A stretch of DNA of 64,000 bases, taken from contig NGBS01000294.1 in NCBI GenBank assembly GCA_002245135.1, forward strand, positions 62,001-126,000. The letters run 5' to 3'. The position numbers were made by a program, and so were the translations under genes. The DNA is from Proteromonas lacertae. Taxonomy: Eukaryota. The notes below the pieces were generated by a model. It was not told the DNA's origin, did no database searches, and was given only the letters and a program-made list of their open reading frames with translations. Positions 1 through 13,956 of the stretch are shown in pieces (position 1 is the stretch's first letter; every line of letters begins with the position of its first letter).

Positions 1-3000
1 AAAGTATGTAATAGTAGTGTAATAGGTGAATTATGTTTAAGTGATTGTGGTAATTCGAGTAGTCGTGGTATTTGTACAAATACAACAGACAATAAAATTA
101 GTTGTCAATGTTATGAAATTGATAATGTAATAAATGAACATTGTGTGAATGGTGAAAGTTGTACATTTGGAATTGGATTATCAAACGAAACATATCGTGG
201 AATTTGTAAGAAAGGAGAATGTGTGATAGTAGAAAATATCTGTAATAAGAATGACAATAATACTTATCATCGAAGTTGTATGAATAACTGTAATGATGGA
301 AGTGGAAATATGGTATATGGTCATTGTGATGAAGAAGGTGTTTGTATTTGTGATCTAAAATTGAATGTAAGTTCAAGTGATAATAACAAATGTATGAGTG
401 CAAATGATTGTAATATGTGTGATAATTCAACTAGTGATAGTTTATGTATTTATAACGAATGTTATTGTGTTCCCAAATACTGTAATAACCATACAATAGG
501 TCAAAGTTGTTTAGGAAACTGTAGCAACGATCATCCTGGAATTTGTAATGCTAATAATGAATGTGAATGTAAAATAGATCGTTGTAATCCAGGAAATGTT
601 ACTAATGATTGTAATAGTCATGTTTGTAAATCTGATACCGAAATTGTGAAATGTATAATTGATGAATGTCGATGTATTCAAAAAGTATGTACAAATGATA
701 AAATAGGTGAATTATGTTTATCAAAATGTGGTGATGAAAATAGTCGTGGAATTTGTTCTAATAATACAAATGGTAAAATCGAATGTAGATGTTATAATAA
801 AAGTGAAGAAAATGAATATTGTGTAAATGGAGAAGATTGTTTATTTGGAATTGGAAGTTCAAATGAAACATATCGAGGAATCTGTAAGTTAGGAAAATGT
901 GAGATAGTAGAAAATATCTGTAAGTCCTTGAATGGAAGTAATACTGATGGTCGATTATGTATGAATCACTGTTTTAGTGAAAATAATAATACAATGGATG
1001 GAATTTGTATGAATGAGACATGTATATGTGTAGATGATCCTCCTTGTTTAAGTGGTGATTCTTGTAATTGTGATAGTAATGGTTCGAATATGACTGGTAT
1101 TTGTTTTGAAGGTAAATGTGAATGTTTTGCTGATAATTGTTTTGATAAACGAGATGGTGAGATTTGTTTGAATGAATGTTTAAACAACAAAACAGGAATG
1201 TGTTTAAATGGTAAATGTTACTGTGACCAAAGTGAATGTGAGATAGGTAAGCCATGTAATAAAGAATGTGATACTGAAAGTGAAGAGAGTGAATGTGTTG
1301 ATGGAAAATGTCGATGTATTCAGAAAGTATGTAATAGTAGTGTAATAGGTGAATTATGTTTAAGTGATTGTGGTAATTCGAGTAGTCGTGGTATTTGTAC
1401 AAATACAACAGACAATAAAATTAGTTGTCAATGTTATGAAATTGATAATGTAATAAATGAACATTGTGTGAATGGTGAAAGTTGTACATTTGGAATTGGA
1501 TTATCAAACGAAACATATCGTGGAATTTGTAAGAAAGGAGAATGTGTGATAGTAGAAAATATCTGTAATAAGAATGACAATAATACTTATCATCGAAGTT
1601 GTATGAATAACTGTAATGATGGAAGTGGAAATATGGTATATGGTCATTGTGATGAAGAAGGTGTTTGTATTTGTGATCTAAAATTGAATGTAAGTTCAAG
1701 TGATAATAACAAATGTATGAGTGCAAATGATTGTAATATGTGTGATAATTCAACTAGTGATAGTTTATGTATTTATAACGAATGTTATTGTGTTCCCAAA
1801 TACTGTAATAACCATACAATAGGTCAAAGTTGTTTAGGAAACTGTAGCAACGATCATCCTGGAATTTGTAATGCTAATAATGAATGTGAATGTAAAATAG
1901 ATCGTTGTAATCCAGGAAATGTTACTAATGATTGTAATAGTCATGTTTGTAAATCTGATACCGAAATTGTGAAATGTATAATTGATGAATGTCGATGTAT
2001 TCAAAAAGTATGTACAAATGATAAAATAGGTGAATTATGTTTATCAAAATGTGGTGATGAAAATAGTCGTGGAATTTGTTCTAATAATACAAATGGTAAA
2101 ATCGAATGTAGATGTTTTAATATTACTGACGATAATCGTAATTGTATTAACGGTGAAGAATGTGTTGATGGTACATGTGTTAATGGTAAGTGTTATAATA
2201 TCTGTGAAAATGCATATGATGGTATTAGATGTCCTATATTTACAAATTTTACTAATGATGGTAATATATTGTATGGTACTTGTCAAAATAAATCATGTAG
2301 TAGTTTAATTGCTGAGTGTTATAATGATAGTGACTGTGTACATACTAATCTTTCTGGTTTTTGTAATAATGGATACTGTGAATATTATAATTCATCATAT
2401 AATGAAGGTGAAATATGTATGAATGGAACTGAAGTTGGAATATATAATAATAGTGTCTGTGAAATTGTATCATGTAATACTGAATGTGAGAATGGAATAT
2501 CAAAATATATTAATGGTAGTTGTCAATGTGTATATCAGCCATGCAAAAATGCTAAAATAGGTGAATTATGTTTATCAAAATGTGGTGATGAAAATAGTCG
2601 TGGAATTTGTTCTAATAATACAAATGGTAAAATCGAATGTAGATGTTATAATAAAAGTGAAGAAAATGAATATTGTGTAAATGGAGAAGATTGTTTATTT
2701 GGAATTGGAAGTTCAAATGAAACATATCGAGGAATCTGTAAGTTAGGAAAATGTGAGATAGTAGAAAATATCTGTAAGTCCTTGAATGGAAGTAATACTG
2801 ATGGTCGATTATGTATGAATCACTGTTTTAGTGAAAATAATAATACAATGGATGGAATTTGTATGAATGAGACATGTATATGTGTAGATGATCCTCCTTG
2901 TTTAAGTGGTGATTCTTGTAATTGTGATAGTAATGGTTCGAATATGACTGGTATTTGTTTTGAAGGTAAATGTGGATGTTTTGCTGATAATTGTTTTGAT

Positions 3001-6000
3001 AAACGAGATGGTGAGATTTGTTTGAATGAATGTTTAAACAACAAAACAGGAATGTGTTTAAATGGTAAATGTTACTGTGACCAAAGTGAATGTGAGATAG
3101 GTAAGCCATGTAATAAAGAATGTGATACTGAAAGTGAAGAAAGTGAATGTGTTGATGGAAAATGTCGATGTATTCAGAAAGTATGTAATAGTAGTGTAAT
3201 AGGTGAATTATGTTTAAGTGATTGTGGTAATTCGAGTAGTCGTGGTATTTGTCGAAATAATACAGAATCAAATACGATATTATGTGAATGTTTTAATATA
3301 TCTGATGACAATTCTGATTGTGTGAATGGTGAAAGTTGTACATTTGGAATTGGATTATCAAACGAAACATATCGTGGAATTTGTAAGAAAGGAGAATGTG
3401 TGATGGTAGAAAATATCTGTAATAAGAATGACAATAATACTTATCATCGAAGTTGTATGAATAACTGTAATGATGGAAGTGGAAATATGGTATATGGTCA
3501 TTGTGATGAAGAAGGTGTTTGTATTTGTGATCTAAAATTGAATGTAAGTTCAAGTGATAATAACAAATGTATGAGTGCAAATGATTGTAATATGTGTGAT
3601 AATTCAACTAGTGATAGTTTATGTATTTATAACGAATGTTATTGTGTTCCCAAATACTGTAATAACCATACAATAGGTCAAAGTTGTTTAGGAAACTGTA
3701 GCAACGATCATCCTGGAATTTGTAATGCTAATAATGAATGTGAATGTAAAATAGATCGTTGTAATCCAGGAAATGTTACTAATGATTGTAATAGTCATGT
3801 TTGTAAATCTGATACCGAAATTGTGAAATGTATAATTGATGAATGTCGATGTATTCAAAAAGTATGTACAAATGATAAAATAGGTGAATTATGTTTATCA
3901 AAATGTGGTGATGAAAATAGTCGTGGAATTTGTTCTAATAATACAAATGGTAAAATCGAATGTAGATGTTATAATAAAAGTGAAGAAAATGAATATTGTG
4001 TAAATGGAGAAGATTGTTTATTTGGAATTGGAAGTTCAAATGAAACATATCGAGGAATCTGTAAGTTAGGAAAATGTGAGATAGTAGAAAATATCTGTAA
4101 GTCCTTGAATGGAAGTAATACTGATGGTCGATTATGTATGAATCACTGTTTTAGTGAAAATAATAATACAATGGATGGAATTTGTATGAATGAGACATGT
4201 ATATGTGTAGATGATCCTCCTTGTTTAAGTGGTGATTCTTGTAATTGTGATAGTAATGGTTCGAATATGACTGGTATTTGTTTCGAAGGTAAATGTGAAT
4301 GTTTTGCTGATAATTGTTTTGATAAACGAGATGGTGAGATTTGTTTGAATGAATGTTTAAACAACAAAACAGGAATGTGTTTAAATGGTAAATGTTACTG
4401 TGACCAAAGTGAATGTGAGATAGGTAAGCCATGTAATAAAGAATGTGATACTGAAAGTGAAGAAAGTGAATGTGTTGATGGAAAATGTCGATGTATTCAG
4501 AAAGTATGTAATAGTAGTGTAATAGGTGAATTATGTTTAAGTGATTGTGGTAATTCGAGTAGTCGTGGTATTTGTCGAAATAATACAGAATCAAATACGA
4601 TATTATGTGAATGTTTTAATATATCTGATGACAATTCTGATTGTGTGAATGGTGAAAGTTGTACATTTGGAATTGGATTATCAAACGAAACATATCGTGG
4701 AATTTGTAAGAAAGGAGAATGTGTGATGGTAGAAAATATCTGTAATAAGAATGACAATAATACTTATCATCGAAGTTGTATGAATAACTGTAATGATGGA
4801 AGTGGAAATATGGTATATGGTCATTGTGATGAAGAAGGTGTTTGTATTTGTGATCTAAAATTGAATGTAAGTTCAAGTGATAATAACAAATGTATGAGTG
4901 CAAATGATTGTAATATGTGTGATAATTCAACTAGTGATAGTTTATGTATTTATAACGAATGTTATTGTGTTCCCAAATACTGTAATAACCATACAATAGG
5001 TCAAAGTTGTTTAGGAAACTGTAGCAACGATCATCCTGGAATTTGTAATGCTAATAATGAATGTGAATGTAAAATAGATCGTTGTAATCCAGGAAATGAT
5101 ACCAATGATTGTAATAGTCATGTTTGTAAATCTGATACCGAAATTGTGAAATGTATAATTGATGAATGTCGATGTATTCAAAAAGTATGTACAAATGATA
5201 AAATAGGTGAATTATGTTTATCGAAATGTGGTGATGAAAATAGTCGTGGAATTTGTTCTAATAATACAAATGGTAAAATCGAATGTAGATGTTATAATAA
5301 AAGTGAAGAAAATGAATATTGTGTAAATGGAGAAGACTGTTTATTTGGAATTGGAAGTTCAAATGAAACATATCGAGGAATCTGTAAGTTAGGAAAATGT
5401 GAGATAGTAGAAAATATCTGTAAGTCCTTGAATGGAAGTAATACTGATGGTCGATTATGTATGAATCACTGTTTTAGTGAAAATAATAATACAATGGATG
5501 GAATTTGTATGAATGAGACATGTATATGTGTAGATGATCCTCCTTGTTTAAGTGGTGATTCTTGTAATTGTGATAGTAATGGTTCGAATATGACTGGTAT
5601 TTGTTTCGAAGGTAAATGTGAATGTTTTGCTGATAATTGTTTTGATAAACGAGATGGTGAGATTTGTTTGAATGAATGTTTAAACAACAAAACAGGAATG
5701 TGTTTAAATGGTAAATGTTACTGTGACCAAAGTGAATGTGAGATAGGTAAGCCATGTAATAAAGAATGTGATACTGAAAGTGAAGAAAGTGAATGTGTTG
5801 ATGGAAAATGTCGATGTATTCAGAAAGTATGTAATAGTAGTGTAATAGGTGAATTATGTTTAAGTGATTGTGGTAATTCGAGTAGTCGTGGTATTTGTCG
5901 AAATAATACAGAATCAAATACGATATTATGTGAATGTTTTAATATATCTGATGACAATTCTGATTGTGTGAATGGTGAAAGTTGTACATTTGGAATTGGA

Positions 6001-6615
6001 TTATCAAACGAAACATATCGTGGAATTTGTAAGAAAGGAGAATGTGTGATGGTAGAAAATATCTGTAATAAGAATGACAATAATACTTATCATCGAAGTT
6101 GTATGAATAACTGTAATGATGGAAGTGGAAATATGGTATATGGTCATTGTGATGAAGAAGGTGTTTGTATTTGTGATCTAAAATTGAATGTAAGTTCAAG
6201 TGATAATAACAAATGTATGAGTGCAAATGATTGTAATATGTGTGATAATTCAACTAGTGATAGTTTATGTATTTATAACGAATGTTATTGTGTTCCCAAA
6301 TACTGTAATAACCATACAATAGGTCAAAGTTGTTTAGGAAACTGTAGCAACGATCATCCTGGAATTTGTAATGCTAATAATGAATGTGAATGTAAAATAG
6401 ATCGTTGTAATCCAGGAAATGTTACTAATGATTGTAATAGTCATGTTTGTAAATCTGATACCGAAATTGTGAAATGTATAATTGATGAATGTCGATGTAT
6501 TCAAAAAGTATGTACAAATGATAAAATAGGTGAATTATGTTTATCAAAATGTGGTGATGAAAATAGTCGTGGAATTTGTTCTAATAATACAAATGGTAAA
6601 ATCGAATGTAAATGT
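1..6615 (+). repeat. Coding tandem repeat, period 1323 bp (441 aa), about 4.6 near-identical units with a 531-bp interruption after about 2114
   Basis: The string aaagtatgtaatagtagtgt recurs at 1, 1324, 3178, 4501 and 5824 (spacings 1323, 1854, 1323, 1323). Confidence 0.97.
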
Positions 6616-8635
6616 TTTAATATCACTGACGATAATCGTTATTGTGTAAATGGAGAGCAGTGTACTTTTGGTGTTAGTAATACTACAAATAGTGATAATG
6701 TTGGTAATATGGGATATTGTAAAAATGGAGAATGTATAGAAGTTTTAGATTATTGTACTATAACATTTAGTGGTCCAGCTAATAATACTGACGGTAAAGC
6801 ATGTCTTGCAAATTGTAATGAATTTAATAACACATTTACACCTGGAGTTTGTAGAAATCAAAGTTGTATATGTGAAAAGAATCCAAGTCCTGCTACACCT
6901 TGTATTAATGGAAATGATTGTTTTATAAACTGTAAGATAGGTGAAAGTCCAATGTGTGATTATGGAGTATGTAAATGTGAAAATAATCCATGTTTAATAC
7001 CTGATTCTGATGGTGAAATTTGTATTGCAGATTGTAGCAATTCCACAGATGAATTACCAGCTGTATGTAAAAATGGTTTATGTACTTGTACTTCAAATAA
7101 TTCTAATACAGATGTAGGAAGATGTCCAAATGGTAATATATGTGTGTTTGAAAATTCAGATGAATATGGTATTTGTATTAAAGGTGTTTGTACTTCATTA
7201 TGTAATAATACTGACGATGGAGTTGAATGTGTTTCACATTGTCCTTCTAATGATAGTTCAGTTGAAACATATCCTGGAGTATGTTATTCAGAAAAGTGTA
7301 ATTGTACAAAAGAAGATAGATGTTTGAATGGTGAACCTTGTAAATTAAGTAGTGGAGATACAGGAGGGTGTGATAATGGAATATGTTCAGCAAATTATTC
7401 ATGTGTTGCTTCTGAAATATGTGATAGAAAATGTCCACAATTTCACCTACCTATATGTAAGGAAGATAATAAGACCTGTGATTGTGTAGAAATGACAACT
7501 ACTTTTGAATTAGTGAATAAAGATCAAAAACCAAAAGGAAAATGTTTCTTATTAGCTGGTGCAAATGGTAATACAGTTACTTTAACTAGTAGTTCAATTG
7601 GAGATTTAATATATCAATATGGTGATAGATACTCTTTAGGACCTAATCCATCATTTGATACTATTCCTGATAATACTGATACATCATCTGGTTCATCTAC
7701 TGGTACAACAGATGAACTAGAAGAAGATACTGTGAGTAAAGAATTAATATGGAATAATATATCACAAATTGTTGAAAAGAAAAATAATGAAAGTAAAAAT
7801 GAACCATATCCTGCAAAGAATATATATTTTGATGTTTCAGCAATATTCCAAGATAAAACTATTTTAGCTCAATCTTTATTAGTTGTAGGTGGTGAATTTA
7901 CAATTGTAGAATTTGAAAATATGACTACTCAAGTTTATCCTATTACTGAGGTTCATTATTGTAAATCTATTGATGGAGGTAATACGTGGAAAGAAATAAC
8001 AGTAAAAGGAACGGAAATTCCAGAAGAACAAGATTATTGTATAGACAAAGTTATTGAAAGATTTGGAAAATAGACAAATAACAAGATTGTTATATCAACA
8101 AGAAAATGATGGAAATGATAATAATGATATAAGAGGTAGAATGCTTCAAAGTATCAATGAAAAAATATATGTTGTACTTGAAACAATAACAGTGGTAAAG
8201 ATTTACAAAGGTAATACTACAATTACACTAACAATTCATAACACTGAGTATCATCCAAAATCAGAATGTAGTGGTTTAGGAGAATGTAACAGAGGAAGTG
8301 GTACATGTGAATGTGAAAGTGGTTATACAGGTTATAATTGCAGAAGAATTAATTGTCCTAATAATTGTAATGGTAGAGGTGAGTGTGTTAAATTGAAAGA
8401 TAGTGGAACAGAATCACCGCCATATTTAAGTAATACAGATGATGATGTTCTTTATTACTGTAAATGTAATAAAGGATTTGAAGGATATGATTGTAGTATA
8501 AAGAAATGTCCAACACAAGAAGTGAATGGAGTGTATAGATATTGCAGTGGACATGGAGTTTGTGATGAAGATACAGGAGAATGTGAATGTTTTGATAATT
8601 TCTATGGTTCAGCTTGTGGTAATAGAAATTACTAA
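1..8635 (+). CDS. Giant cysteine-rich repeat protein (5'-partial) with C-terminal tenascin/mastigoneme-type EGF block
   Basis: Frame 1 is open from base 1 to 8073. It consists of about 30-aa 4/6-Cys modules with many NxS/T sequons. The overlapping +1 frame (8045-8635) gives ECSGLGECNRGSGTCEC..CPNNCNGRGEC..CKCNKGFEGYDCSIKKCP..CSGHGVCDEDTGECEC. Joining the two needs a frameshift or an intron near 8002-8073. Confidence 0.85.
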
Positions 8636-8765
8636 TAAGAGATATTTAACTAATTTTTTATATCATTATCTTGTTTTATTTTTTAATATTTTGTGTTTTT
8701 AGTTGAAAAGCTTGAGTAATGTTTGATTCATATTTTTTCTTAAAAAAATAAATTAAAAATGATTA

Positions 8766-11476
8766 TCATTCATAAATATTTGGATATTCACTATCAACCT
8801 TGTTTCTTATATCTTGAGGAGGATTATCTCCATATGCACTGTAAATTACATTTCCAAAATCATCTAAGTTAATATTATTACTACCATTTGCTACAGCAAT
8901 GAAGTCTTCATAGTTATTCTTTTCTATCTCTAAATAATACCATGCTTTTCTTCCTCTATCTTCTCCTTTAATCAAATGAATTATTTTGTGTAGTTTTTCT
9001 ATTGAATAAATCTTACATAATCTCTTGTATGAATTTTGGATGATTATCTTTGTTTCTTTTACGGCTGTATCAAGTATTTCAACAATTCCTGCTTCACCAA
9101 AATTATTACCCATAATGTATAGATTTTTTAAATTATGTAGTTGTTCAATATTATTACTTAATATCAAAATTCCTTCAATTCCAAATAGATTATACTCCAA
9201 CTTTAATATATTTAAAACTTGGAGTGAGTTAAAACAAAGACATAATATACCAACTCCATATAAATCAATATTATTATCTAATAATAGATAAATAACTGTA
9301 TATTAAATACATGATAAATCTAATACTACTAATTGGTGAAGATTCTTTAAACCTTCTTTCAAATAACTAATACTTGTATTATCGAGATTACAATTCTGAA
9401 GACAGAGTGCTTCTAAATCATTAAAACATTTTAATGATTCTTCAAATTGAGTAATCATGCTATTATCAAACTTACAATCTATTCAATTAATTATAAAATA
9501 CTTCAATAATACATTGAATGGTTAATTCTTTCATTTTATTATTCTGTTTCAAATATGTGAAAAGCAATTTTAGAGTATTTGGATTTACTTTGAAGTTAGA
9601 TATTGAAAGTTCTTCAAGATTATATAGGTTTTTAAATCCTTCTATTAAAACATTACTACTCTGTTCATCCAAATTTTTGCCTATATAATTAGTAAAATAC
9701 TATTTAATACATGAAAAAACAATTCTCTTCAGCTGTAGATGTGACAAGAGAAATTTATTCAATTCTGTTGCAGATTCATTACATATTTCATTTTCATCTA
9801 TTATTAATGATTCTATATTTCTGCAAAACTTATTAATTTCATTTAATATTTTAAATAATCCTCTATGTTTTGTCATTGCATCTATTATTAATAAAACAGT
9901 ACAAATACAAGAAATATCAAGTGCTTTTAGTTTCGGTAAGTATTTAACTACACTAGATAATATTTCAATTCCTAAATCAACTAATTGTGTATCTATATAT
10001 CAAATTGTATATAAGTTACATACTTGAAACAGTTAGTACTTCTAAGTTATACAATTCCTTTAAATAATTCATTGAATATTTAAATAGAGTGATTTCTTCT
10101 TCATAATTTTGATTCAGCCCACATTAAAAATTAACAGCTAATTTTGTTATTGATTTATGATTTCTTATCAGAAAAAGAAAATGATGAAGCCCTTCACATT
10201 TTATACTATTATTATTTATTATTACTTCTTGTAAATGTGGTAATATAATTCCATATTGAAAACTTTGAAAAAGAAGATATACTCCATAATCATCAATTCT
10301 ATTATCTATAGAATAATAGTATTCATAATAATACAGCTTATATTTAAAGATCTTAACTCATTCATTTCTCTAAGACATTTTCCTAACTCATACATCGACT
10401 TTTCGGTTAATTTATTATCTTTCAAATTCAATTCTTCTAAATGACGTAACTTTTTCAGTGATTGACATATTTCTATCATTATTCCGTCTGTTATAGTAGA
10501 TGCTGTGTATATAATAAATATAAAAATATACATTCTAATTTTAATGATTTTAAGTTCAACAAGTTTTCTATTATTCCACCAAGATATTTTCCTGTAGTAA
10601 TATTGATATTTCTCTTGTTGAGACTGTTCTTATCTAGAATACTTCCATCTTCTTCTTCACTTTCATTATAAACATTTTGACTCTCATATTCATCTATAAC
10701 ACCAAAATAATTATCTATTCATAAAATTTTATTGTAAATACATTTTAAATTTAAAATTGATAAATTTGATATGGTTTTAATCCTATCTAAAATACCAAAT
10801 GATTTATCTAAATGATATAAGAAAACATCTATAATAAATATATTATTATAAACTTTTACATTTTATATTCAGTAATTTCAAATTTGGACAATTATCCAAT
10901 ACCAATTTCAATCCTTCATCCCATTTTCTGATTGGAAATAAATAAAAAAACGAACCTCTAGTGATTTTTATATTCAATATTTCTAAATCTTGATTCTTTT
11001 TTACTATTTCAGATAAAATCTTCAATGAATCGTATGAAAATTCTGCGCCTACATTATAATAAATATAACAAAAATAATAATAATACTACTCAATACTAAT
11101 TCTTTTAAATGTGTATACTTCTGAATTCCTTGAATAATATGTTTGGTATTATTGACCTTAATACTATTTCTTCCTAAATTTAATACTCTCACATTCTCAA
11201 AGCAACTTAATATAAGAGAAAATAAAACACATTCATATTTAGAGAGTGTTGAGATTTCTAGTTAAAAAAAAATAGAGAAAAAATACTCTTCTTTAAGTTA
11301 ATTTCTTCTATATTTCGGTTTTTAAATACTTCTTCAAATATATTTCGATTTATTGAAGATATTAATTCTTTTGATCCATTTTTGTTTTTTCTTTTTATTT
11401 CTTCATAAAATACTTCCTTTAATTCCACAAACTCTTCATATTTAAATCTACTTTTCTTCTTTCATCTAATTAATTA

Positions 11477-11535
<59 letters not shown>

Positions 11536-12356
11536 TCATTGTGATTGAATTTAATATACATATACTCAAAAAATATTTCACTTCCTCATCTATTGATTTT
11601 TCATTAATTCCAGATATTTTGATATTGATATATCCACCATTGGATAATTGAAATATCCTAATTTATAGAATTCTCTTCCTAAAACTGTTTCAATTTTGAT
11701 TTCTGGTTTTGGAAATATTGAATTGTATTTATGTAATAAATTCAACAAGTCTAAATCATTGTCACTTTCTTTCAACTCTTTTATAATTCCATTATAGTCT
11801 TCTTTATTTTCTATTTCACTATAAATAATATATTCTTCTAATAATTCTCCTAACATTTTATTATCTCTTTTATATTCAAATTTTGGAGTTTTTCTTTTAA
11901 TCATTTCCTCTGGAATATTAAATCCATTTTCTTTTAGAGTTTTGTTATTGAAAAAGTAATATTTACCAATATCAGATAGAATATAACCATTTTTAGTCTC
12001 AAATATGTTTGTAGCTTTCACAGAAGTGTGACAAATGCCATTTTCGTGTAAATTATATAAAGCATTTATTATTGTATAAAACCACTGCTGAAGATGCTAA
12101 TATGCATAACAGAATAATATATATATACTCCTCTTGTTCTTTCTGTTGATGGAACGTTTGCAAGACTTCTTTTATGTTTGATTGTAGAAACACTTAAATA
12201 ATCACATGTATCATACATTCTATAATATCTATCAATATAATCTGTATTATAATCTGTAATAGCAGAAAACTATGGAGATATAGACATAAATACATATGAA
12301 ACATCATTATATCTAGCTTTTTCAAGGGGTATTTTCGTTGTAATATACTCAGTCAT
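8766..12356 (-). CDS. Pseudokinase + RNI-like leucine-rich repeat protein with a distinct C-terminal globular domain (multi-intron; at least one apparent frameshift near 11650)
   Basis: ATG at 12356. ALYNLHENGICHTSVKATNIF..LSDIG is a degenerate catalytic loop/DFG. LRRs include LRHLEELNLKDNKLT and LHNLKNLYIMGNNFGEAG. C-terminus reads IKGEDRGRKAWYYL..SAYGDNPP. Confidence 0.7.
11480..11535. repeat. (TA)n microsatellite in an intron
   Basis: Uninterrupted TA run. On the minus strand it follows a GT donor and precedes an AG acceptor. Confidence 0.9.
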
Positions 12357-12546
12357 TAAGAAAATAATGAAAAAATGAAGTGTAAAATAGAAACGAATAT
12401 ATTTTAAGAATCATCCAAAAATAATCAAGCTTAAGTTTGACAACACAATTCTCTTTATTAATAGTGACTATCATTCATTTTCTAATAACATAAGTTAGAG
12501 TGATTTAGTAATATAGAATTAACATAAAACAAAAAGAAAAATAGGA

Positions 12547-13086
12547 TTACTCAATTTTACTGAAATCAATTACATTTAATTCATTCTTCAAAAAGGAATG
12601 AAAATACTGCTGGAGGTTCTGCAAAAACGACTTATATTTTCTCTATTAATCCTTCGAATATCTAATCTCAGACAATGTAAATACAAAGGATATTTCTTCT
12701 TAATTTGTTGTTGTAAAAAAAGAGGAAGTTTGTTATTTTCATTATTATATTCTGGAATAGATTTGTTAATACCTGAATACTTATTATCTCCAATAACTGG
12801 ACATTTCAATATATCAGAAAAATGAACACGAATCTAATAAATATTAAAAACTTAATGAAATACTTGGTGTTTTTTACCAGTAATTGGATTAATTTCAACA
12901 AACATAAAATCCTCATTTTCACAAACTACTTTATATTGTGTTATAGAATTAACCTCTTTTTTATCTTTATTATTAAATACATTGTTATTTGTTAATTCAA
13001 TAAATGATTTAATTGTTCCTTCACTTTTGATTTTTGTATGGTTTTTATTCCATAATACTGCAATATATGTCTTTTTAATCTACATA

Positions 13087-13117
<31 letters not shown>

Positions 13118-13801
13118 CTTGATGGTTTCTAAATTGTTCAGATAAATATTTGGCATTCTGTCTATTTTTAGATAATATCAAACAGCCACTTGTTAGTTTA
13201 TCTAATCGATGAATTATCTTTAAACTTTCTCTTCCTTTAATATCCTTCCATTCATTAAATAAATGGTGTAAATGATAATTAACCCTAAATCCATCTTGAG
13301 TAGATAATCCTGGTGGTTTATTAATTACTAACATATCTGAATCTTCATATATTATTTGTGATTCCATAAATTTTGATAATTCAACTAAATTCTTCTTTCT
13401 ATTGTCACTTTTAACATCTTCAGTATTATTAGATTGGATCTCTTTTGAATCAGTCAGAAAAATTGGTTTGTTTATTAACGATGCAGGATAATGAATAGTA
13501 TCACCAGTATTGACTTTATAATTATTCTTCACATCTTTTTGTCTATTCAATTTACATAAAATATAAACAATATTTCATACTTCATTCCATCAGAATTAAT
13601 AATATGAATCTTATTCTCCCTTATATATTTTTGAATGAGTTTATGTGGAATCTAAGCATTTATATTCTTTACAAATACATCTTTTCCGATTGTTTTGAGA
13701 TAATTATCTAGTCTCATGTTACTGTTATCAGCAGCTACACTTATGTGTAAAGATCTTATAGGAATAGATAATTTAAACATATTTCTAAATACTTTAATCA
13801 T
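12547..13801 (-). CDS. RluA/RluC-family RNA pseudouridine synthase
   Basis: Motifs INKPPGL, IHRLDKLTSG, PITGKKHQ/IRVH, PVIGDNKY and LYLH. The C-terminal VFAEPP lies in a shifted frame after about 12632. Confidence 0.9.
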
Positions 13802-13956
13802 AAATTATACAATCTACTGATTTTAATAAAAAGTTTCATTGTTAGATGGTGTTTTTATTGAATTTCTAAATATTTATTCGTTTCAAATAATCAAAATAGA
13901 TTTTAATTAATTGATTTATCATCACAACGACTACAAGAATAATATCGAAATCAATA

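Noticed and set aside
1..6615. CRISPR-like or satellite array
   Set aside because: The repeats are 1.3-kb, in-frame and protein-coding, with no short repeat-spacer pattern.
98..7438. Repeated His/Tyr-rich minus-strand and alternative-frame ORFs
   Set aside because: They are shadows of the TGT/AAT-rich coding repeat and recur only because the repeat does.
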